From assembly GCA_040285855.1 (NCBI GenBank), contig JAUFOQ010000003.1:1860001-1924000 (forward strand): a DNA stretch of 64,000 bases. Direction: 5' to 3'. This DNA is from Eukaryota sp. GEM-RC1. Taxonomy: Eukaryota. Both the position numbers and the translations under genes were made by a program. Below are positions 24,990 through 33,317 of the stretch, piece after piece (the first letter of the stretch is position 1; each line of letters begins with the position of its first letter). The notes beneath the pieces were generated by a model, which saw only the letters and a program-made list of their open reading frames with translations, ran no database searches and was not told the DNA's origin.

Positions 24990-26741
24990 CTATTCAAAAG
25001 TATACAAAAACATTTCACCATTCCATTGTCTTGAAACCTTGGAAAACTTACCAGAAAGTGCAGGATAAGCGTTATCCACGGCATAATTGGCAGACATATC
25101 ACTAAGAATAGTATCAACAGTATGAACACAATCAGATTTGATTGCGTCCTTGAACTGTGTCACAAAGTCTAGCGCTGTACCAGACAAAAACTTACCCTCA
25201 GAAACAATAGATTCAACAATTCTAGATACAGAATTCACCTCGTTTGCTGCTAATTTACCATCTTGAACACCAGGCTGATCGTAAGCATTGATTCTATGAA
25301 GAGCACCCAGAGCTGAAACTATACGTTCTTCAAGGGCGACCAACAGTCCAATGGCGTATTCATTGCGTTCTTCTAACTGAACGGACATCCATTGACGTCC
25401 ATTTTTAGTTAACGCAGACTGTGTTCCTTGGACAAAAGCCACCAACTGTCTACCCATTGATCCAGCCTTAGCATTAGAGAAATCGAAATGACGTTTCCTG
25501 AAAGAAACAAATCTAACAAACGCATCATTGATTCCCTTTTGAACTTGTTGCATAAACGCATGTTGTTCAGACGTACCCTATAATAAGAAAGTATCAAACA
25601 AAACATACCACTCCTCCAAACACAGTCAACCCATAAGGATAGGGAACACCATCAACATCGTACTCCTTTCCCAAGGATTCCATGTAAAGCTGTTGAAGGT
25701 AATGCGACCATTCTTTTAAAAAAGTCAGAGTACCCTAATACAATCATGTTCTTATGTCCTTCTCTTTTAAAGAAGGAGTCTATACCCAAAGCTACTAGTA
25801 AAGCAGGATTACTGCGGAGGTCAGGATTTCTGGTGAGGTCATCCATATCACATTGGCCTCTTAGGAAGTCAGCAAAGTTCAATTGGGCAAAAGCAGCAGG
25901 AACCATACCAATAGCACTGACAATACTGGTTCTACCTCCAGTTTCTTCGTCCCTTTGGTTAGAAATAGATAAAGAAGATCATACATGTGCCAGATGAATC
26001 GATACTTCTCTTTTGAGCTTTCTTATCAAATGGTGAGCCAGGAGTGGTAATAGCACAATTACGACAACCAACGTCTAATCCTGCCTTCTCTAGCATTGAA
26101 ACAAAAGCTACAGTTGGAAACAGTGAGGGACATACCATCAAGATTGCCTGCAGTTTCAGCAGTGGATCCACTCTTGGACATGTGAACACATAGAGTGGAT
26201 TCAAGAGACAGCTGGTTGAAAAGAAGTGCGAAAGATTCAGGATCGGAGTTGGAAACGAAATGGATCTTCAGAGGGAGGTTGTGGTTGAAGTTTTCACCAA
26301 GTTGAGAGATGATGAGCATCAAAGGACCAAGGAAGCTGCCACCGATACCGTTAAACACGACATCAGTAAATACATGTCCTTCAGAAGATTTTCCACCCTG
26401 AAGAATTGAAGAAACATCAGCTAGTACCTTTTGGTTGTAGTCCAAGGATCGTTGAAGACTTTTTTGATGGAAAGTTATCTTCTCCCATCGGGTTTTTGAT
26501 GCGATGGTTGAAGTGATCGACTTTCCTGTTTTCCGATTCAGATGCAACAGCAGTTGCTATGATAAAACTATATCTGGAACACACAGTTTACAGGTTTGCC
26601 TGTTTCAGTAGCTTGAATGTTTGTGAGGATGCGTTCAATGGCATATTTATAACGAGACTCGATAGAAGAGAGGTCTGCTAAAGGAGCGAATCCAGAGTAG
26701 TCAAGGGTGAAACCAGTTTTGCAGTCGTGAAATTGATGCAT
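24990..26741 (-). CDS. GPI: Glucose-6-phosphate isomerase, 4 short introns
   Basis: Motifs ENRKVDHFNHR, GIGGSFLGP, SKSGSTAET, GGRTSIVSAIG, QQLYMESLGK and INAYDQPGVQDGK. GT-AG introns at 26557-26584 (28 nt), 26108-26135 (28), 25953-25984 (32) and 25578-25608 (31). Three homopolymer frameshifts at ~26462, ~26012 and ~25720. Confidence 0.92.
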
Positions 26742-27496
26742 TAGAAGTAGTTTGAGAAGTACTACTGTTGAATTCATTTGGGGTGCATACTCCCCAAAAT
26801 CATTTTACCCCAAATACTCTTCACCCCATAACCACATCCCCAAACTGATTCACTTATACCTTCTTTGATGGATTCCATACATCGTTTGATATCCAGTGTT
26901 GAGCTTCTTTCAAGATAGAGACGTGTTTGCAGGTATTCGTTCTTAGACTTGTGAACCGTGTTCATCCATGTCAAGAATAAAATCAACGTTGTACAACCAT
27001 CTTACAACACATACATCACATTGACATCTTATCCTCCCAAGGAAAACATTAAGGTTTGCTTCATGAAGCTTCATGCATCAGAAGACACAAAGACACCAAG
27101 TTATAACTACATGTACAACATTTGTAACTACAACATTTGGTGATACAACATTTGTAATGACAATAGTGTCGTATGTGTAATGAATTGTTGACATTGATAT
27201 TTTTTTTCTTCTATGGCCAACAAGAAGAATTCAACTTCTACTGCATGCTTATCAGCAAGCTTTACAACAAGTTTCATATATGTTTTGATGGTACGGGAAC
27301 GACTTTCTTGTTCAGAAGTATTTCTGAGTTTGAAGATTGAGTAGGACATGGGAAATTCTGGTATAGACTTTATTACAGATTTCGTTTTTTAACACGTGAA
27401 TTCACACACACATGTCCATTACAGTCTGTGTGGGATTTCATTTTCCTTCCTCCTACAGTATAAATGTCGTTTGTTCTGCATCCAAACAGATGTTGT

Positions 27497-27930
27497 CCGC
27501 CATCCTGTCCTTATCTGACTCAACTTGTGACTGTTTCCATTGCACGGTTTCGGGCTCAGTTGAGTTTAGATAAGGACAGTTCTTTCCCCTCCACTGCCGT
27601 TGCTTCTCCCTCTACTGCCGTTGCTGTGATGACTGCCGTTGCTTTCCCCACTGCCGTTGCTGTGATGATGCCGCCATTCTGTCCTTATCTGACTCAACTT
27701 GTGACTGACTCCATTGCACGGTTTCGGGCTCAGTTGAGTTTAGATAAGGACAGTTCTTCTCCTCCACTGCCGTTGCTTCTCCCTCTACTGCCGTTGCTGT
27801 GATGACTGCCGTTGCTTTCCCCACTGCCGTTGCTTCGATAATGCCGCCATTCTGTCCTTATCTGACTCAACTTGTGACTGACTCCATTGCACGGTTTCGG
27901 GCTCAGTTGAGTTTAGATAAGGACAGTTCA
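27497..27930 (+). repeat. Tandem repeat (period 174/173 bp, 2.5 units), each unit carrying a 75-nt hairpin
   Basis: Hairpins at 27505-27579, 27679-27753 and 27852-27926. CTGTCCTTATCT pairs with AGATAAGGACAG (12 bp) and ACTCAACT with AGTTGAGT (8 bp). They are separated by (ACTGCCGTTGCT)-type subrepeats. Confidence 0.95.
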
Positions 27931-27963
27931 TTCTGTGTTTTATCAACACATACATTTGTTGCC

Positions 27964-30288
27964 ATGAAGTACTCGTCTCCCCTGTTTATCCCTTCCCATC
28001 CTCCGTTCCCAAAAGACCTCACCGCTGATGGTGATATTGAATCCAATCCAGGACCCGTAACTCAAGAAGCCATAAACTCAGTTTATCCTCATCAATGGGT
28101 TGATGACGAAGCGATAGTGGAGTACTGTAAAGTGATATTTCAAGAAGCAGAGTTAGACTTTGAAAGCATGTTTATCCATCCGACCACATGGCTTCAATAC
28201 ATTGTTTCACCAGATGTCCCGCTAGATCAATGGTTGTTGACGAAAATTCAGCGAAATCAAAGAACAAACTCCAAATACCTCTTTGTTCCCCTTAGTGATA
28301 CCATGACTAGAAATGCTAATTATTCCAGAGAAGGTGTCACTGGTTCTCATTGGGGTTTAGCCATTATAGACTGTTGTGAAAAGGAATGGATCTTCATTGA
28401 TCCAATGTTAACTAGCGAAGATATGAGTAAGTCTATGGTAAAATCAGCTGTAGACATATTATCCGAAGTACTTGTGCCATGGGGGTATGTTTTCCGTTAT
28501 GTGCCTGTGACTAAAACACAGTCTGCTAACGACTGTGGAGTTTATGTCATTGCGTATATTCAAAAATATGTTGAACTTTTTAAAAGACTCACGTATGTTC
28601 CGCCTCTGATGTATTTGGAAACTTATTTGGTCCAAGTGAACAATGAACTTCAAGCAGACATATTTCGTGAAAAAATTCTGGATGTATTGTCTCAACAAAG
28701 GACACTTTATCTACAACAACGTCAAACCACAGTAGCTCCTATTGTACCATCGTTACCCATTCAACCTCCTGCCGGTAAAGAACATCCAACCACTTCAATT
28801 CCTCTCACAGGTTCACGTCTTGCTAGCACTAAAACATCTACTGGTTTAAGCACTAAAAAAAGGAAAGCCAAAATTTCAGATGTTCCATCACCACGAGGTT
28901 CACCTTTAATTAAACGAAATAAATTTAGAACTACCAGCTCCCTTGTTTCAACTGGTGACACTCCAATACGAAAGACTCACCGCCGTATGTCCACATTGGA
29001 ATCATCTGAAGTACCACCATCTGAATTGCCTCCATCACCATCTGAACTACCACCATCTGAACTACCACCAAAATCACAGGCCTCCATTATGTCGTATCCA
29101 TCGCCAATTCAAGAAGAAATTCATAAAATGGAAGTAAATCTACACACTGAGCCTATAGAAGAAGAAATACAAATTCAAGACTTTCTTAAATCCCCTCTAC
29201 TTTGGAACAATCTACCAACTTTTTGTTTAATTCATGTTCAAAGTGATTTTGCCAAAAAAGAAAGAATTAATGGCAGAAATGTTCAACTTGTTCAAGAAGA
29301 TGATGATGACATTGAAACTGTTGAAGGTGAAGCTGAAGATCAATTAGAAGTTAAACGTGATTCTTCTGTTGATCCTATTGTATCAATTTCCATCCAGATC
29401 ATTGATCACAATGAGCTAAATGAAAAGCATTTATTTTCTCATGGCAATTTTGATACTTCAAACTTGGATTTGTGTACTTTACATATTTCAGATAGTGAAT
29501 CCAGTATGCTTAAAAACTTCATTTCCTTCATTACTCAACATTGTCCACGATTGTTTGTGAGTTATGACTTTCACTTAGATACATTTCCCTTTCTTGTATC
29601 ACGTTGTCAAGTCCTCAAAATCAATACAACGTTTACTTTTCCAGAATTTAAACCCTATATTCCCTTTTGGTTAAACAAATGGTGTAAGGAAACAACTTTT
29701 GGTCCGTTTTTTAGTCTCGATTTGAATGCTGTACTGAAGAATTTTTATGTCTTTACTGGTGGCCGTTTTTTGGAAAATGTTGTTCAAATTTTTCTTGAAA
29801 TGAATAATTTTTCTAAAAATGAAACTGTCAAACGCTTGGAAGATCTTAATCATGACTCTGATCCTGATGAAGTTCAATTGGTCAATAATGTCCAAAACTT
29901 GCATGGCATAATTGACAGTATTAATGTTTTAGTTCCAGACAATCCCAAAGTGAAGGTCGATAAGATTAAAAAGAAATTTGTAAGAAATTTGGAGAAAGTA
30001 AATGAACTTTGGGCCAAGGAATCGACAAAACCGCTATTGTTGATCAACTCAATTCAACAATTGCCTCTGATTGAGTACTTGTTGGCTGACCTATTGGATC
30101 CCAAAAAACAAACATTACGTTCAAAGTCACCAATGAAAGTGGTTAAGAAACGACTAGACAATGTTGTATCCAAAGTGAAGGTTAAATTTATTGAATCTCG
30201 TGTTAAGAGAGCTCATCAAGTACGAGTCCGTAGTACTCTCTTTTTAAAACATTTTTTGTTCATAATTTTCAACATTCTGGTATTTTAG
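27964..30288 (+). CDS. 2A peptide + Ulp1/SENP8-like C48 cysteine protease + degenerate family-B DNA polymerase 3'-5' exonuclease-like domain (probable 5' exon of the Fanzor gene)
   Basis: GCCATGA start at 27964, then DLTADGDIESNPGP. Protease motifs QWVDDEAI, LFVPLSD, GSHWGLAIID, FIDP and QSANDCGVYV. Then DPIVSIS...DSESSMLKNFISFITQHCPRLFVSYDFHLDTFPFLVSRCQVLKI, which resembles the PolB exo DPIIQIS...SE.ELL..F..FI...PD...GYN...FD.PYL..RA pattern. Confidence 0.8.
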   Translation: MKYSSPLFIPSHPPFPKDLTADGDIESNPGPVTQEAINSVYPHQWVDDEAIVEYCKVIFQEAELDFESMFIHPTTWLQYIVSPDVPLDQWLLTKIQRNQRTNSKYLFVPLSDTMTRNANYSREGVTGSHWGLAIIDCCEKEWIFIDPMLTSEDMSKSMVKSAVDILSEVLVPWGYVFRYVPVTKTQSANDCGVYVIAYIQKYVELFKRLTYVPPLMYLETYLVQVNNELQADIFREKILDVLSQQRTLYLQQRQTTVAPIVPSLPIQPPAGKEHPTTSIPLTGSRLASTKTSTGLSTKKRKAKISDVPSPRGSPLIKRNKFRTTSSLVSTGDTPIRKTHRRMSTLESSEVPPSELPPSPSELPPSELPPKSQASIMSYPSPIQEEIHKMEVNLHTEPIEEEIQIQDFLKSPLLWNNLPTFCLIHVQSDFAKKERINGRNVQLVQEDDDDIETVEGEAEDQLEVKRDSSVDPIVSISIQIIDHNELNEKHLFSHGNFDTSNLDLCTLHISDSESSMLKNFISFITQHCPRLFVSYDFHLDTFPFLVSRCQVLKINTTFTFPEFKPYIPFWLNKWCKETTFGPFFSLDLNAVLKNFYVFTGGRFLENVVQIFLEMNNFSKNETVKRLEDLNHDSDPDEVQLVNNVQNLHGIIDSINVLVPDNPKVKVDKIKKKFVRNLEKVNELWAKESTKPLLLINSIQQLPLIEYLLADLLDPKKQTLRSKSPMKVVKKRLDNVVSKVKVKFIESRVKRAHQVRVRSTLFLKHFLFIIFNILVF
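28015..28056 (+). other. 2A/StopGo ribosome-skipping motif DLTADGDIESNPG^P
   Basis: Exact match to the D(V/I)ExNPGP consensus, encoded by GAT ATT GAA TCC AAT CCA GGA CCC at 28033-28056, in frame with the protease ORF. Confidence 0.88.
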
Positions 30289-30299
30289 GTTACATTCAG

Positions 30300-33009
30300 A
30301 AGTTACTGCCTGCTACTGTTCCAAATGTAACTGTTAAGGAAGAAATGAATTCTGATACAGATGAGTCAACTGAAGAAGAAACAGATGTACATTCAGAGTC
30401 TATCGATGCTACTGCTCCTCCCGTTAAATTAGAAAATATTGAAGATGCGAGTGGTGAACCTGAACCTGACCTTTGGACTAAAATTCAAACTTCCAAAATT
30501 GAATTGCCAGACTGGAAGAATTTTTTACGTTGAAATCAATGGAACAAGTGTTGTCTATGATGACGATTAGGGACTACAAACTTGTAAACAATCAGAATCA
30601 TATTAGGACTGTACAAGAATCTTTAGAAAACATAATTTCTAACACAAATGATGACTCAACTCAAAATCAGTTTGCTCAACATTTCTTGATGCATTACATT
30701 CCTCGTTTAGAACTAGCTGCTCGATCTGTTGGACTTGATAGGATTGTGTTTCCCAGTAGCCTCAATTTATCTCCTATATTGCATTACATGGCTACTGAAA
30801 TTATAACGAATTACAAGACTAACATGAGTGAACACTTTCACGAATATGTTTTTCAAGTATTTAATTTGGTTACCCTGAAAAAGAAAAGACTTAACAAGCT
30901 TACTGATAAGAATCAACGACAAGAGTTGTGTACAAAGCTTAATGAAGTCAGACAGTTGATCATTAATGGGGAAATTTCAAAAATTAATTTTCAAGATGTT
31001 GAAGTGTTTCCTGATCCCAATTCTAGACTGAGTTTACTATTTTTTAACTATTTGTTTACTTTTTTTGAAGGTAAAATGGAAAAAACAATCTATTATGCTG
31101 AAAAAGTAGATCCTTTGAAATTCTTAAGTCATGCAGTGTATTTGAAACGTCTTGTTGAAGACTCTTGTACTGGTGTTACTGCCAATAATCCTTTTCCTCT
31201 GACAAAATCATTGATTCCTAATCATATCAGATTGGATACTACATGGTTTAAAAAAGTTTATGCATCAGAAATTAAAGGTAGCTTTGATGACGTTCGAAAA
31301 GATATTTGGCACTCAGTTTTGAAACCAAAGTTTCTTCCAAAGTCATTGTCTCATGACTTCAAATACAGTTCCATTTCTACAGATGGAGTTAGCTGTAGTT
31401 TAATGATGATGCGGAAAGATCTGCTTGATGGGAGAGGAAATCCTCATAAGAAGGTGAAAGCTGTTGACTACACAGCTACTGAAAGGTACATTGATTCTTT
31501 GAGTTCCACAGAAATTCAAAACTTAAATTCGAAATCAAAAAGAATTGTTGCTATTGATCCTAATCAGCATGATTTGATGTATTGTGCTTCTTTAAAATCT
31601 AAGGAGGAAAAGAAAATCGAAGGTTTCGATACATCAGCCAATCTCAGAAGAAGAAAGATTTGTCCAAAATCGTCAAAGAAAAAAGGAAGCTTGAAAAAAT
31701 TAAAAAAGGAATTGAAGGATTGGAAAGACGCACCTACTATTGACAAACCATCAACTGTCAAGTTGAAAAATCGAGACAATTGGAAAGTATTCAGATACAC
31801 TGCTGGGGAACGCAATGCCGATATTAAAAAGTCTCCATGGAAAAGAAAAAAACAAGGAAGGAAAGAAAAAGAGCTAAGAGAAAGAAGAGGAAGCTGGAGA
31901 AGAAAATAAGACGATACAATCTCCACCGTTTATCTGAATCCGAACGGTTACAACAATATTCTACTCAATTTATTCACATTCCAGATGGCAGACGCATTGA
32001 CATAAATGGGCAACAAATTTTAGATCAATGGGGCTCTAACTCGCCAGGCAGTAGATCTTGTGATTTGACTCAGTATTCTGATTTTGTTCTTGGTAAAGAA
32101 ATTACCTGTTCTTTATTACGATCACCCACTACTGATCAAAGAAATACTGAAGGAATTTACGAAGAAAAGTGGTTTAGGAGGAATCGTCTCACACAGTATT
32201 CAAGAAAGGAACGAAGTGAGAAAAACATGCTTCACAGATTTGCTCTCCAATTTGGTAACCCAGATGAAGTCGTTGTTGGGTATGGAGACTGGAACGACAC
32301 TACTTTTCGTCGAAGAAGAGGTAAAGCATCTACTGTAAAAGGTGCTTCAATTCGGAAATTATTGGGAAAATTTGGATTTAAAGTGTTCCTAGTTGATGAA
32401 TTTAAGACCAGCAAATGTTGCTCTGCATGTGTTTCCAGAAACGACGAAGGTATCTGTTCCAATCCTGAAAGGATAAAAGTCACTGATCCTCATTGGAAGA
32501 AGAAGTTACAGAAGGAAGAGAAAGAATTAAAAAAGGAAATTATGGAACACAATCACTTAGACAATATTGTGGAGCGTAACTTTGATGAAGAATGGACTGA
32601 CCAGTTGCCATTTTCGAAAGAAAGATTGAAGAACAACAAAGTCTCACCATGGGGCTTAGTTGAATGTGCTAAATGTCATGTCCTCTGGAATAGAGACTTC
32701 AACTCTGCTATCAATATTTACAATATTGTAAATGGAACCATTCAAGGTCAAGGTAGACCTGCCATCCTCGAGAGACCAAAATCTCAAACAACACCTGTCG
32801 TGGATGGCGGGAATACAGATCAGATTCCTAAGAAAAAGACTGTGAGTAAGGGTAAGGGTAAGGCAAAACGTCCTCCAACAACTGTCAGAGGTCCTAACAA
32901 GTGTCGTATATGTTCTCAACCTGGACATAACAAAACAACTTGTCCAAATAAGCCTAAGAAAGATGTACCCAAGGACTCACACGTAAACCAGAAAGATCAG
33001 GAATCTTGA
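30300..33009 (+). CDS. Fanzor1: Fanzor1 (eukaryotic TnpB-family RNA-guided endonuclease) with C-terminal CCHC zinc knuckle; two -1 frameshifts in homopolymer runs
   Basis: Fanzor1-type motifs TNYKTNMSEHF, FPLTKSLIPNHIRLDT and SISTDGVSCSL. RuvC-I IVAIDPN (Asp at 31556); VGYGDW followed by the relocated Glu in VDEFKTSKCC; CSAC...CAKC zinc finger; RuvC-III WNRDFNSAINI (Asp at 32695); CRICSQPGHNKTTC at 32902-32943. Frames join with +1 T at 30521-30526 and +1 A near 31825-31852. Confidence 0.9.
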
Positions 33010-33237
33010 ATCTATGAAGTTAGCTCGTTTTAAAAGACTTTGCGAATGAGGACTTTGTCAACTGTGGTTTATCTCATGAAAATGCTGAAGGGTTATGCCC
33101 TTATGCATTTGGAATGAAATTCACAGTACTAGAAGTTGGACAAGAAAACTTTGTATTTTCAAGTTGAGTCAGGTCGAGTACTGTCCTAGAATTCGTCTCA
33201 TTTGATTCATAAATCGAGTAAATGTTGATTTTACAGT
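33010..33237 (+). ncRNA. Putative omegaRNA (guide scaffold) of the Fanzor
   Basis: Lies directly 3' of the Fanzor stop and has nested helices: GCTCG 33023-27/CGAGT 33215-19; CGAATGAGG 33043-51/TCTCATTTG 33196-204; TTTGTCAACT 33054-63/AGTTGGACAAG 33134-44; ACTGTGG 33061-67/TCACAGT 33121-27; AAATGC/GCATTT and AAGGG/CCCTT within 33080-33110. The position matches known TnpB/Fanzor omegaRNAs. Confidence 0.7.
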
Positions 33238-33317
33238 GCTGTTATATTAGTAATACGTCTTAACTGTGGTCTAGATCCACAATACATGTACTGTACTAAG
33301 TACGTTATAATAATATT

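Larger units (their letters stand above)
27420..33237 (+). mobile_element. Putative non-autonomous Fanzor1-carrying element (boundaries approximate)
   Basis: Contiguous same-strand array: tandem hairpins, 2A, Ulp1 protease, PolB-exo-like domain, Fanzor1, structured 3' RNA. A 13-nt inverted repeat links the two ends, and TTACAGT occurs at 27419-27425 and 33231-33237. No transposase ORF seen. Confidence 0.6.

Noticed and set aside
15321..26741. VPS13 and GPI as pseudogenes or multiple separate genes
   Set aside because: All breaks are explained by short GT-AG introns or single-base indels in runs, the motifs are intact, and there are no in-frame nonsense codons.
26774..27349. Short minus-strand ORFs upstream of the Fanzor element as a transposase or recombinase
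   Set aside because: No DDE, HUH, serine- or tyrosine-recombinase motif is recognisable in the frames I translated, and there are many stops.
27497..27930. CRISPR-like array next to an RNA-guided nuclease
   Set aside because: The sequences between the hairpins are near-identical rather than unique spacers, the repeat is 75 nt, and the context is eukaryotic with no cas1/cas2. Kept as a tandem hairpin repeat.
27419..33237. TTACAGT as a 7-bp target-site duplication defining the Fanzor element
   Set aside because: TACAG(T) occurs several times nearby (e.g. ~27374, ~27454) and no TIR abuts it. Used only as an approximate boundary, not asserted as a TSD.
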